Shown piece by piece: positions 38,957-53,670 of a stretch of 64,000 nucleotides of DNA; position 1 is the first letter of the stretch, and every line of letters begins with the position of its first letter. Below the pieces are notes generated by a model. It made no database searches and was not told the DNA's origin. It saw nothing but the letters and a program-made list of their open reading frames with translations. The translations under genes were made by a program, and so were the position numbers. The DNA is from Octopus vulgaris (lineage: Eukaryota): positions 69,750,001 through 69,814,000 of the forward strand of contig OX597818.1 in NCBI GenBank assembly GCA_951406725.2, written 5' to 3'.

Positions 38957-39217
38957 AATAAGTAGAAAGGCAGACAAACCACAAATGCACCAATCTGATT
39001 GTGGCCATTGCCAGCCTCGCCTGGCACCTGTGCAGGTGGCACATAAAAAGCACCCACTACACTCACGGAGTGGTTGGCGTTAGGAAGGGCATCCAGCTGT
39101 AGAAACACTGCCAGATCAGACCGGAGCCTGATGCAGCCTTCTGGCTTCCCAGATCCCCGGTCGAACCGTCCAACCCATGCCAGCATGGAGAACGGACGTT
39201 AAACGATGATGATGATG
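37506..39217 (+). mobile_element. RTE-clade LINE, 5'-truncated, same family as 17407-19269
   Basis: LYDACVQAAMLHGSETW, RRLHWYGQVVRM, GTRGRGRPRKTWDEVV; (GAT)n end; carries an insertion at 38760-38988. Confidence 0.92.
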
Positions 39218-39352
39218 AGGAGGATTCTGTTGTGTCTGGGGAGAGTCATTTTCTTTTTGTTCCTTATAATTTAACACACTAACCAGTAAAATTTCCACTT
39301 TTTTCTTATTTTTATTGTCCTAAAATTTTCGTTGCATCTTGCAACCTTTTCA

Positions 39353-39385
<33 letters not shown>

Positions 39386-39504
39386 GAGTTTTTGGTTGTT
39401 TTTGCAAAATCAAGCATCGATATTGATGCAGCTGTGCCTTAGATGGCTCATTTTTCCAATAAAGCACACTCATTGGCTGTATGTTGATTCTTTTAATTAT
39501 CAGA

Positions 39505-39750
39505 AGTAGACTTGTTAACTAATCAGTTAATTAGCTAATCGATTGTTTAATCCATCATTTGATCACTCAATCAATTCGCAGGAGTTCTTTCAGCCCAGGC
39601 TACGACCTTTTTCAATGTCAGGCTATCATCTACTGAACAATGGTTATCAATGGAGATGAAAGATCATTGACCAACCAACTGTTTGATTGATCAGCCAATT
39701 TGTCAGACAACTGATTAGTTAATTAGCTAATTAGTTAACTAGTGGACTGA
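39505..39750. repeat. Foldback/MITE-like element with ~45-bp imperfect inverted ends
   Basis: GTTAACTAATCAGTTAATTAGCTAATC at the left versus GATTAGTTAATTAGCTAATTAGTTAAC at the right. Confidence 0.6.
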
Positions 39751-39929
39751 TTAATGATAAAAAATAAAATTCAGTTAGTATATGTTTTTATATGTAAAAT
39801 TATCATAGCAATGTGTGATATATATAGAGGCTGTGAAGGGTCTTTCAGGGCATTTAATTATCAGTTCATTATTGCCCTTGAACCAATAATAAAGATTTTA
39901 TTTCTTTTGAATCTTCCATTCCAGACAAC

Positions 39930-40482
39930 ATATAAACACAAGCAATGGAAAGACGTGCTGTCATTTGTGCAGCACACAAAGTTCAGAAGGAAACGGAAGC
40001 CTCTGGTGAAACTGTTTCAACTGAATCAAGGATCAAAGAGGATAAAAACATTCTACATGGTTGAATACTTTCAGGACCCAACTATTCATCCAACAGGTTC
40101 AAACTATTATTAATGGTGATCCCAGAAAATCAATGAAAGCCATCATCTAAGGAACTTTGGAGTAGACTATCGGAAGTGTTGTGCCTGAGAATATTCAATG
40201 CAAGTTGTAAACTGAAAAGAGAACAATTCATGTCTGCATAAGACACAAGGAAACCATTTGGTTCTTGCTAATCAAATGGTTTTTAACAAGCTTAAAAACT
40301 GTCACAAACATGGTTTACTTTAGTTCTTCTCTGATTAGACAAACTTTAAGAAGACCAAAAGGCTAAGAGCAAAATGACAGACAGTAATATACAGATCCTT
40401 CTGCTGTCATCAGAGTGATGCACACAAAATTTACAACAGCTTAATGATTTTAGGAATGGTGAGTAATGAAGGTCATGTCATG
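39930..40482 (+). mobile_element. DD37D/maT (Tc1/mariner) transposase N-terminal remnant
   Basis: Ends in ILGMVSNEGHVM, homologous to the adjacent minus-strand copy. Confidence 0.55.
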
Positions 40483-40529
40483 TAAGTTCATATCTTTCTT
40501 GGTAAGCATTTTTATTAGATTTTTAGGTG

Positions 40530-40920
40530 AATCAATCTTCAGTTTCAATGACTGCTTCAATGTGGGACTGTGGTAGGCCACAATATTTACATCTTTCAAG
40601 TTTGCAGGCCACAAGTTTGGTGCTACATAAATATACTGATTGTCTGGCATCCATTCTTGGACTACGCTGGCTTTGTGAGAAGGTGCTGAGATTTGTTGAA
40701 ATACATATGGTCTTCTACTGTGTACTTCATCAATCCAAGGCTTAACAACTGTCTCCAGCACCTCAATGACTCCAGCAGCATTAATTCTAAGAATCTATGG
40801 AAAGATGTGAGGTGGCATGACATGACCTTCATTGTTCACCATTCCTAGAATGATCACAGTTTCTGGAAACTTGGCATGCATCATTATGGGAAACACCAGA
40901 AGGATCTGCACATAACCACA
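40530..40920 (-). mobile_element. DD37D/maT transposase catalytic remnant
   Basis: WLCADP..., LGMVNNEGHVMPP, VLETVVKPWIDEV, PYVFQQ(I)SAPSHKA, NLWPAN. 37 residues lie between the mutated second and third catalytic positions. Confidence 0.75.
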
Positions 40921-41195
40921 AATCATTATTATTATTATATATTTTTCTTCTTTCAATTTTCTTTCCATTTCTTGCTGAGTTCCTGGCTCCTAGGGCAAAG
41001 AAATTTGCTGTATACATTGATATACCATTAAAATAAACACACCTGATTGTTTATTTACAAAATCAAATAAAATTATGTAAAATGAAAGAAAAAATTATTT
41101 ACAAGAAAGGTTATCATTCTCACAACACCAGTGCTCCCTCCTCAATGTCTGACACCAATTAATACAATTTTATTTATATTATTATCATTATTATT

Positions 41196-41795
41196 CAGTA
41201 GCCTTATTCATATCATGTGCTTTCACTGCATTACCAAGTGCAGCTCTGTGGGCTTTGGCTATGTGCTGTAGTTTTTTGTTTTGGTGTCATTATTTTCATT
41301 GTATTGAAAGTGTTTTACGTAGGATTTATGCAGTGCCTAGTAGTGCTATTTTCTGTGTGTTATATATATTTGCAAGTCCTGCTGTTTTGGTTATGTATTT
41401 CTCTGAATGCTTCTTAATTATACCTAATGCACCTGTTATTATAGGGATTGTTTCTGTTTTTAGGCTCCTCATTCGAGTTACCATTATCTCCAGATCTTTG
41501 TATTTTGAGAGCTCCTGTTTCTTTTAGATATACATTGTCATCTGTTGATTAGAAGGCATTTTTTCTTGATAATCTCTGACAACTATATCCAATATATTAG
41601 GCTTGATTTCTTTATCTGTGTGTATTGGCATATCTCAAAGTATGGCTCCTTTGTCATTTTCTGAGACCTTTTCTGGGATATACATATATCACCATTTTAC
41701 TGTTGTTATTTCATAGTGTTGGCAGCGTATATAGGTCCCAATTCTATCGTGTCTGTGGATATATTCTTTCTCAGCCAGGTCTGGGCAACCAAAGA
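41196..41795 (-). mobile_element. R4/Dong-clade non-LTR retrotransposon 3' fragment (restriction-like endonuclease)
   Basis: KYKDLEIMVTRMRSLKTETIPIITGALGIIKK...QKIALLGTA*ILRKTLS; flanked by (TAA)/(CAA) tracts. Confidence 0.8.
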
Positions 41796-41834
41796 CATTA
41801 TTATTGTTGTTGTTGTTGTTGTTGTTATTATTAT

Positions 41835-42191
41835 TATTCTATGTTTGACTTTTGCTTTATGTCTGTATAAGTTGGCTCCAAGTCTTACCCAGAGACCTCA
41901 AGAGACAACAGGTTGGAAGTTCTGTGCCATATATTTGGTGTTTTTTTTTTTTTTTTTCTGGTGTTGTACTAGTGAATGTCTAATACATTAAAAAAATAAG
42001 AAAATAAAAAAAAAGAAAAAAAAGAAATAAAAATAAAAAAGTTTGTTTTAAACCTTGGGATTACATAGAGAGTATTTTGCGTAGGATATGAGCAATTCCC
42101 ATGAGCACTATCTTTTGAATTTCTGCCATTTTGTGGTTTCCTGGTATCTGAGTTAGGTAGCAATCAGTTCCTTTCGCTATCATTCCCAGGG

Positions 42192-42195
<4 letters not shown>
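41835..42195 (-). mobile_element. R4/Dong-clade 3' fragment, second subfamily
   Basis: ALGMIAKGTDCYLTQIPG...IQKIVLMGIAHILRKILSM, then a 3' UTR and (TAA)n. Confidence 0.8.
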
Positions 42196-42250
<55 letters not shown>

Positions 42251-42252
<2 letters not shown>

Positions 42253-42705
42253 GAGTGAGAGAGCAGTGCAAACCATCAAAGTGACACTAGGGTACAAATA
42301 TACAAAGCCCAGTATACCCATCATGACTACCCGGCTGATAAGCATACACCAGGCACATGCATCACAACCACATGTGTATGATATAGTGATCTCATATCAA
42401 GATAAACAGTGCAAGACCTTGCAGGTGGGGGCCCACTTAGAATTTTCTTCATGTCAAGTAGCCCATCCTGCTCAAAAGGTCCCTGAATAAGGTTTGTTTA
42501 AGGATGATGAATGAAACACCCATGTTTCCAGAGGTGAATTATTCAAGCACCAAAGAATTCCTCTCAACACATGACTATGATGCTCCCCAACTACTTCTCC
42601 TAGTGATCAGAGATTCCCATATCGGCAGCCACCAAGGGACATGCTCAGCTGGTGAAGGTCAAACAAGTGACAAGCAAATCTCTAGAATTGAGCAAAATGT
42701 TTACT
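42251..42705 (-). mobile_element. Non-coding retroposon fragment ending in (AAT)n
   Basis: Bounded by (AAT)n tracts and ends CTCTCTCACTC(AAT)n. Family unassigned. Confidence 0.5.
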
Positions 42706-42734
42706 TATTATTGTTGTTGTTGTTGTTGTTTTAC

Positions 42735-44218
<1,484 letters not shown>

Positions 44219-44233
44219 GTTATTATTATTATA

Positions 44234-44467
44234 AAGGCGGTGAGCTGGCAGAAATGTTAGCACGCCAGGCAAAATGCGTAGCTGTATTTCATCTGCCGTT
44301 ATGTTCTGAGTTCAAATTCCGCAGAGGGTGACATTGCGTTTCATCCCTTCGGGGTCGATAAATTACGTACCAGTTATGCTCTGGAGTCAATCTAATCAAC
44401 TTAATCCGTTTGTCTGTCCTTGTTTGTCCCCTTTGTGTTTAGCCCCTTGGGTAGTAAAGAAATAGAA
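44234..44467 (+). mobile_element. SINE family B (Deu/Nin-like central domain)
   Basis: AAGGCGGTGAGCTGGCAGAA head, GAGTTCAAATTCC B-box, TTTCATCCCTTCGGGGTCGATAAATTACGTACCAG. Other copies at about 1290(+), 3640(-), 4510(-), 10400(-), 44504(+), 44900(+), 47078(+) and 62945(+). Confidence 0.8.
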
Positions 44468-44831
44468 ATTATCATTATTATTATTATTATTGTTATTATT
44501 ATTAAGGCAGTGAGCTGGCAGAATCGTTAGCATGCCAGGCAAAATGCTTAGCAGCATTTCATCCACCTTTTACATTCTGAGTTCAAGTCCCACTGAAGCT
44601 GACTTTGCCTTTCATATTCAGTGTTCATAGGATAAATACCATCTGAGCTCTGGGGGTCTGAGTGACCAACTTATCCCCCTCCCAAAATTAATGGCCTTGT
44701 ACTGAAATATTAAGCCATTATTGTTGTTGTTGTTGTTGTTGATATTATTATTATCATCATCATTGTCATCATCATCATCATCGTTGTCGTCGTCATCATC
44801 ATCATCACCATCATCAGCAGCAGCAACAGCA

Positions 44832-44898
<67 letters not shown>

Positions 44899-45259
44899 CA
44901 GTGTGAGCTGGCTGAATTGACGGAGCATCTGGAAAAATGCTTTGTGGTATTTCTTTCAGCTCTTCCCTTTCTGAGTCGAAAGTCCTCCAAGATCAGCTTA
45001 GCATCTCATACCCCTCTACTGCCAGTAAAATAAACAGTCAAATATTTCAGTTAATAATTTCAACCAATCCCCACCTCCCCCAAATTTCAGACTTTGCACA
45101 GATAGTAGAAAAATTGTCCACACTTGGCCAGACTGGAGTGTTTACTTTAAGCAAGATCAATCAGTTGCCAGTGCCCCTGAGAAGGTGGACTTAGCATGCC
45201 ATAGCTGCTAATGCACACACACACACACACACTGTTGCCATGCCATTTACCAGTTTTAC

Positions 45260-45770
45260 AGAGTGGTCTTCATTTGTAAGACATACCTTTCTGCAGCATT
45301 TGATGGATCTGCAATCCTGGGTCAAGAAAAGAACAAGATTAAGTGCCTGGCATCTAGAATATCATCAGGTGCCCCCTGCCCTCAACAAATCAGGCAATGT
45401 GATTTGAGGGAGTTCTACAATAGCCATATATACAAATCTAGCGATGGGTAAGGCTGAAACATTATCAAGAAAATGCAAAGTGCTGATAAAGATGAACTAT
45501 CTGGTCTGTATCAGAGGACTTCATGCCTTGTACCACCATAACTGTCAGAAATCCTTGGCCTGGCAATGTTACTGAGGAGCAATGCCCATTTGAGATAAAC
45601 TCAACAGGCATAGAAGTGCTGCCAATCAGGGCTGTCCAAGACGCATGCAGAATGATGAAGCCATTCTGCAGGCACTCAAGCAGTAACCAAGTATTGCTGA
45701 ATTGTGGGGTTATGTCAAATAGCTGTTATCACATGTGGGATGAATCCAATGATGGAATGAATTTGATTAC
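45260..45770 (+). mobile_element. L1/Tx1-clade ORF2 C-terminal remnant (zinc knuckle region)
   Basis: DKLNRHRSAANQGCPRRMQNDEAILQALKQ*PSIAELWGYV resembles the L1/Tx1 CPRC..DET..H....C motif. Confidence 0.55.
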
Positions 45771-45779
45771 TGTGGGACT

Positions 45780-46169
45780 TGAGCCCTGTGCTAGTAGGGT
45801 GTTAAGAGCACCATCTGAGCATGATCATTGCCAGAGAGGCTATCTGGCCTCCGTGCTGGTGGCACATAAAAGGCACCATTCGTGCATGATCGGTACCAGC
45901 ATCGCCTCACTGCCACCTGTGCTGGTGGCATGTGTAAAAGATTCGAGCGAGGTCGTTGCCAGTACCACCTGACTGGCTCCGTACCTGTGGCACATAAAAG
46001 TACCCACTACACTCTTGGAGTGGTTGACATTAGGAAGGGCATCCAGCTGTAGAAACTCTGCCAGATCAAGATTAAAGCCTGGTGCAGCCATCTGGTTCGC
46101 CAGCTCTCAGTCAAATCATCCAACCCATGCCAGCATGGAAAGCGGACGTTAAACGATGATGATGATGAC
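45780..46169 (+). mobile_element. RTE 3' tail with ~4 tandem units
   Basis: Same tail as 18780-19269; (GAT)n end. Confidence 0.85.
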
Positions 46170-46468
46170 AAATCCATCCTTAGCACTGACCCACCACCCA
46201 CCTTTAATGAGGCAGGGCAGGTGGTGTTTTGTCTGCCTTGTGACAAAAAAGGTGGACAAGGCTAAAGGGATTAAGGAAAGACATCTTCCATTTCAGCCAA
46301 ACCCTCAACCTCTTCTAAGTTCCACTTGGAAAGAAAAAGTGAGGATGGAGATTGAAGTTCCCCCCACCCCATTGAATTTGGTAAAAGGTGAGTGACTGAG
46401 ACCCAAAATGGTGAGAGTGTATGGCACTGCTCTAAGATTGTAGATTAGAGATCAACAGTTGAGAGATG

Positions 46469-46777
46469 GTTGTTGTTGATTGTTCCTTCTCGAGCCATGC
46501 CTGGCTCGTAAGGGCTGGTTTCCCGGTTTTCTTGGCGTACAGGTTCCCCAACTGGACCGGACACCGGTCCATCGCAGGTGAGCTGCAAGATGCAGGCGGA
46601 AAGAATGAGAAAAAGTTGTGGTGAAAGAGTCAGCAGAAGTTCACCATTACCTTCTGCTGGATCCACGTGGAGCTTAGGTGTTTCGCTCATAAACACACAC
46701 ATCGCCTGGTCTAAGATTCGAACCCACGATCCCTCGACTGTGAGTCCGCTGCTCTAACCACTAGGCCATGTGCCTCC
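46469..46777 (-). mobile_element. Full-length tRNA-derived SINE with perfect 14-bp TSD
   Basis: A-box TGGCCTAGTGG, B-box GGTTCGAATC, (AAC)n tail. ACAGTTGAGAGATG occurs at 46455-46468 and 46778-46791. Confidence 0.92.
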
Positions 46778-47260
46778 ACAGTTGAGAGATGACTCATGCT
46801 TTTAGTGATTAAGATAATCGTGGATCTGTGAGGTTCCTTGTTTAGCAGCAATTGGAGATTCTCCTTTATCAAGAGAACCACAGCATCCATCTCATACTTT
46901 CTATATTATTCATACTGTTATTGCAGTTCACCATTTTGTTTTTTCTTTTCTTTCTCCTCATCTTTTATTTAAAAATCCACTCAGTTGTTGACTGTCCTTG
47001 TGATGTCCCCCTCATCAAAGCCCTTGTGGATAATAAAAGAGATGATTATTATTATCATTATCATTATTATTAGTACCAGCTGACAGAATCATTAGCATGC
47101 CAGGCAAAATGCTTAGTGGTATTTCAAATGCTGCCGAGGTCAACTTTGCCCTTCATTCTTTCAAGATCAATAAAATAGGTACCAGTTGAATTCTAGGGTC
47201 GATATAATTGACTTATCCCTCCTCCAAAATTGCTGGCCTTGTGACAAAATTTATATTCTT

Positions 47261-47358
<98 letters not shown>

Positions 47359-47530
47359 CATTTGCTTTTGAACTCGTACACATCTGGTGAGGATGACACC
47401 TTGGTATGTGTTTATGCTTGTGAATATGTGTGTGTGTGTGTGTGTCTGTGTCTGTGTCTGTGTGTTTGTGTGTCTGTGTATGAGAATATGTTTACACTGT
47501 TCTTTCAAGTGTTTTGTGTAAACCAATGAT

Positions 47531-47565
<35 letters not shown>

Positions 47566-47777
47566 GAATTGTCATCATTGGTTAACCAAACACTAGAGAG
47601 AACAACACAAACAGACACTTTTTTATTGTGACCATGATGATGATGACGATGATGGTGATGACCATGATGATGACGATGATGGTGATGACCATGATGATGA
47701 TGAAAAGAAATAGAAAGTGAAGACAATGTCACTATGATGAAAATGATAACTGTAATGATGGTGTTGATGATGATAGA

Positions 47778-47829
<52 letters not shown>

Positions 47830-47991
47830 AAGTGTTTGATTATCCAGTAATTTCAACACAAGTTGTTGAAGGTAAATAATACAAATATATAAGATTACAC
47901 TAAACAAATATTTCTAGACATAACTCTATTGATACAACACACAGACACACACAAAAACACACACTTTCACTCACACACGCACACACACACA

Positions 47992-48023
<32 letters not shown>

Positions 48024-48103
48024 CATCATCATCATCATCATTTAACGTCCGCTTTCCTTATATATATATATATATATATATATCATCATCATCATCATCA
48101 TCA

Positions 48104-48164
<61 letters not shown>

Positions 48165-48166
48165 CA

Positions 48167-48199
<33 letters not shown>

Positions 48200-49689
48200 G
48201 AGTGCGTGTGTGTGTGTGTGCCTATGTATGCATGTAGGTGTGTATGTATCTATATGTGTATTTTGGTTCCTTACTGGTGTGAAAATACAATTAAGAGAAC
48301 GAAAGCATCAATAGTTCCGTGTGGAATGATGTTTATTCAAAGCCAGGACTGTATGCGTCTCTCTTTGGAGTTTAACAGTCATGTTTCTCAGCCGACTGGT
48401 CTCATGCCAATAGAAACTCTCTCATATATGCACGGATTGAATCTGTGCATGCCATGGCAAAATTCATTTGGTAGGAATTACAAGTTCCCATATATGGGCA
48501 TACAACACTGTATAACAAATATCAAAGTCTACAGAAATCACCAAAGCGAATTACTTATGGATAAAACAACCTAGAATTATTTAGGGACAAATGTATATGA
48601 AGCAACGATGAATTCACATGTGGGAGCCAGTGGTGACTTCATGTAAAGATACATATTTAGAAACTGAAAGTTATTTAATAGGGAAATAATTGATGGACTC
48701 ATGGGAGCTAGTATTAATTGTGAGTGTTTTAATTAGTGTTGTAATTAGTAAATACTGGGTTGTCTGAATTGATCAGAATATTTCTCTCAAAGGTAGTTTA
48801 TCCAAATATAAAACAAGTGGGAGTTATTTCATTACCTCTGCTGTATCAATTCATATCCTGTGGGTGCAAATGTACACACACACACACATACACACAGATG
48901 TGTGCATACATGCTCGCTTATACAATTAAATGCAATGAAATGCAAAACATATGTAAATGCATGTTTATGCATGATTGCATGCATACACCCACATGCAAAT
49001 AAACACATGTACACAAATATATATATACATAAAAATATGCATGCATCTATTCATGTAAATATATATGCACATCTGTGTCTTTGTATGTTTGTGTAGATAT
49101 ATATGTATGTGTGTGTGTGTGTATATATATATATATGCACATGTAAACACATATAAATTTATATATATATATATACATATATGCATATACGCATATGTAT
49201 GTGTAAATATATGCATCTATATTCATATATATATAGATAGATATATGAGTATATATATCTATGTGTACATATGTTTATTTAATTATAAGCATATATAATT
49301 ATACACACACACACTTGCATAATGACGTATTCACACACGCTTTCAGGAAAATTTTACATATGAATATACAAACACACTTGCCCTCGCCTGATCACAAGCA
49401 TGCATCTAAACATGCACACAAATTTATGTAAATGTATCCATTTATGCATGGATACGTGAATGTGCATGTAGCCATGCACCAGTGCATGAACAGCAGATAA
49501 AAATATGAAATACATAAAAGGCAAATATATGAAAACAAAAAATTAGAAAAATGGTAAAATTGTAGAAAATATAATATACACAGATCTAAATATATTCAGG
49601 CTCATAAGGTTATACAAATCATTCTATGCAACGAATATATCAATAGATGAATATAAAACCATTTGGGTGCTTAATCCCCATATACATTC

Positions 49690-49736
<47 letters not shown>

Positions 49737-50399
49737 GAATGTATTGTGAAATTGACTCTACTCACAGTATTAAGCCCTCCAGTCAGTGAAGGCTCCATTG
49801 TTTTCTGAAAATTGCTTTAAAATAATGAACTCACTATAATACACAAACGTGTGTGTGTGCTGCAGTAGATAATTACAGGAAATAATTTAGAAATTATTTA
49901 AGAATTAACTGAGGATCAGTTAAAATTTGTGGCAAATGTTTAAATGTTGAAGTTTATAATTATAGTGCTTGTAAGATTTTAGAAATTGAAACTTGTATAA
50001 AAATTGGAAAAGTGCAATTCAACAAATATTGGTGTTATAATGTTATTGTATTTATTATTATGCAGTTGTGGTCTTATCAGAAATAACAATTTAATATGTG
50101 ACATTATGAGATGTTTAGTATCAGCAGATCTGGAAACTTATAAGCATAGATGACAAAAATTCAGAATAGGGCATTTGAGTTTATAATGTGTAATATAGGT
50201 TATGGGGGGTTCTAGTTGGCAGTATTATACTGAATTGTTCAGACTGTGGTAGCTGGGCTATACCCACAGACTGTGGATATTATAACATGTTCTACAGAAT
50301 ACAGGCTGTTGGCTTTATGTGTTGTATGGAGGGTTCTGTATAGGTTAGCATGTGAATGATGTCGTTCTCATTTGGCTGTAGGTTCCATGAACAGATTAT

Positions 50400-51350
50400 G
50401 TGTTCATGTTGTCTGTTGCTTTTTTTAGTTTTTGCAGATGGGCTTCTGTTTTTACAGACAAAAGTTCAGATATTAAAGCAGGAATTGACCTGAGAGAGAG
50501 CAACATGCCAATTTCTTTGTGGCACATAAACAGCATTCTCCTTTCAGCTTGTATGTTTTAGTATGTTCTGTGTTTCTCCATTTGATGTTATATCTGGTGT
50601 ACTTTTAGTTTTTCAGTGATTACATGTACAAGAAAAAGTTGGTGGCTTCATATCTGTTAAATTTCTGAACGAGTGTGTGTGTTGATAAATTCTTAACTTG
50701 AGAGTCCTGACAGTTAAATTGATATATATTTTGTGAATGCTGTCATTGGAGACATCTACCTGATCAGTAGACTACTGATGTTTTGAGACATAGGCCATCA
50801 ATTAGACAGCTTTGGGAGATAATGTAAGTTACATGTCAAGAAAGTTAGGCTTTTGGAGGTGTAATATGATTTTGGCATCTGTATGTTGATAGACTGTGTA
50901 GATCAACTGTGCTTTAGTTTGGCAGATTCTCAAAGTGAGTTATCTACTGGCAGAATTTGAGATGGAGATGAGTGATCTGAACCATAGTATTTTGTGCTTA
51001 TATAATTTTGGGGCATTGGTAAATTTTCTGACACTTGTTATACATTGAATCTTATCCCTGAAGTCACTTAATTCTAGGGTGTCATGCTGATATTAAGATG
51101 ATCTCATGAAAGATATCTCATGATTGACAAGTGAAAGCTGATATTTATATAAAATTTATTAACGATGAAGAATGTGTCCATGTTGTTTGAGCTTTTGTTA
51201 ATGAGTTAAGTATTAGCTTTCTGTTGGTTATTCTGAAAAGGTCATTTGCTGTTGCTGTATAGGTTGTGTGTAATATCTACAAACTTAAGTGAATTAGGTT
51301 TATGTCTATTGTTATTTTTCTTCAAAGATTTGGATGAAATTTGTCGTTAA
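50400..51350 (-). mobile_element. Decayed Penelope-like linker plus GIY-YIG
   Basis: SCLIDGLCLKTSVVY, KIYINLTVRTLKLRIYQH, YNIKW, CCLCATKKL. Confidence 0.65.
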
Positions 51351-51675
51351 ATTTTCCAGTTAGCAACATTTAATGATTTTCATATTATCTATCATAACAC
51401 TATTGGTCACGTAGCCTGTTACTGAGTTTTGTGTGTAAATCTTGCAATGACACATGTGCAGTGACTGACACATGGTCTCAGAGATCTCAGCTGAGTCTTT
51501 GTTAACCATCATCGGTACCTTGAAGTTTGCATCATCATCTGATAAGGTTTCATCAGAGGAAAGCAGGCATAAAATGTTGCTGCTACTGATGATGATGATG
51601 AATATGTATGTATATGCGTGTGTTTGTGCATACCTGTATATATTTATGTACATTTATTCCCAAATGTCTGCATAT

Positions 51676-51811
<136 letters not shown>

Positions 51812-52757
51812 TCCATTTTGGTCAATTAAATCACTAACTACTCTGAGTTTTCCCATCAGGCACTCAGGCAAGTCAGAACTTGCCTCAAGATGCTGCGCAG
51901 TTACAGGTGAAACCCAGATAAGCAAGCAACTGACTTGACCATAATAGAATTTTATCAACATTTGCTATGGTATTGATTGCTCTTACTTCCAACATTCAGC
52001 ATTGAACCTGTGAGTGTCTGTGTGTATATGTATGCATACATATATGTGTGTGAGTGTGTGTGTGTAGATGTGTTTGTATTCATGTATGTATATGCATGCA
52101 TGTATATATGTATGTATGCATGTATGTATATGCATGGATGTATACGTATGTATGTATGTATGTATGTAAGTACATGATACGGAGCAAGATCATTACGAGT
52201 TGCTGAGTCGCTGCTCTCCTTTGATCTGGCCTTATTGAGTTGCTGTCTTTGTCTGCCGTATTAGAACTTGTAAATAAACAAAACAAAGACAAGTGGGTTT
52301 TAATGCCATGTAAAAGTGTTACAGAAAACAAATACATGTAAACCTATTTCCAAATATATTCATGAATATTTATAAATCAGGAAAAAACAATGAATAAAAG
52401 CACCACAAATATTTATATAATTACCAGGAATTTAGGAAGACAGGTTGTTTCCATTCCACACTTTATTTATTGGTGCACTTGCTTCTTTTTTTTTATTCTT
52501 TTTAATGCCATGTTTATATTTTTTGATTTTAATGTTTGGCCTGTTTAGATAATTTTATGTTACAGGTTTGAATATATGTAAATATTTTTTGATTCATAAA
52601 TATGTGGAAAGTTCTAAGCATATATTAATAGTATAATATTAATGGAGGCCAGTAAAAAATTGAGTGTCGAAGAAAATCAATTGCAAGTCTATAATTTCAC
52701 CATTCCAGCCTTCAAATTTTAATGATGCTAGTGTTAATTTTTCCCTGTTTATCCCAG

Positions 52758-52817
52758 AAGCTCTTATGAACTCGCAGACTGAGTGCACGTCTAGCTGGGA
52801 ATACTAGAAGTACTTTG
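52758..52817 (+). other. Candidate 60-nt exon (terminal-coding or UTR; unverified)
   Basis: tttttccctgtttatcccag| acceptor (NAGNAG) and G|gttagt donor. All three frames stop; the longest is (E)ALMNSQTECTSSWEY*. Confidence 0.25.
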
Positions 52818-53054
52818 GTTAGTACTGGCGGATTAGATTTACTCATCCCACTCTCTCTTTCTCTTTCCATCAACCACCATTTGGGTCTCTTCTCTAAATT
52901 AGATTTAAAACTACTGGCATCCAAAATTTATCACCAGAACAGTTACCTTCTGCAACATCCGTCTCTCTAATTAGATTTCCTCAAGCAGCATCAATGAACA
53001 AACTGCAAGAAGTGGCCATAATATATTTCTTGAATCATACTGTTGTGTCTTTAA

Positions 53055-53265
53055 CCCTTTAATCACATTAATTCTGTTGAAATACACGACATGTGTTTCA
53101 ATGAATTTTTAAAACAATGAAGAATTTAGGAAAATAACTTTGTCCTTATTGATCTGATTCTTGGAGCAAAAGTTGGCATGGAATTTTGATGGCAGGTTTT
53201 GGTTTAGAACATATGAAGCATCGTAGAAGCAGGGTTGATCTGAGGCAGGATAGTATCAAAATGGG
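53055..53265. mobile_element. piggyBac-type MITE
   Basis: TTAA|CCCTTTTAAT ... ATCAAAATGGG|TTAA. Confidence 0.7.
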
Positions 53266-53308
53266 TTAAAAAGGGGATAACCTAGTGACACATTCTAATA
53301 TTATTTAA

Positions 53309-53529
53309 CCCTTTTTATCACCATATTTTTGTTGAAATACTCTGTATTTGCTTTAATTGATATTAAAAATAATGCAGTATTTTGTGTAATCACTTTGTCA
53401 TTAAGCTGGTATTTGGGACAAATTAACATGAAATTTAGAATTTAATTAAGACCACTTCAAAACAAGAGGTTGGTTTCATAGATGGAGTAGTCTCAAGTGG
53501 TGGTCTCAGATGGGTTGCTATCAAAATGG
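53309..53529. mobile_element. piggyBac-type MITE, same family, adjacent
   Basis: TTAA|CCCTTTTTAT ... ATCAAAATGG|TTAA. Internal sequence is similar to 53055-53265 and to about 1040-1200. Confidence 0.7.
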
Positions 53530-53670
53530 TTAAAACAACAGATGGACATACTGGATAATGTTGTTTTAAATATGCATGTCTGAACAATAAATGGGATGGT
53601 CTCATCTGGAATGCTTGTGATGCTTGGTCTTCTTTTTTGACTTTGGGATAGACTACAACAATTATCTAGA

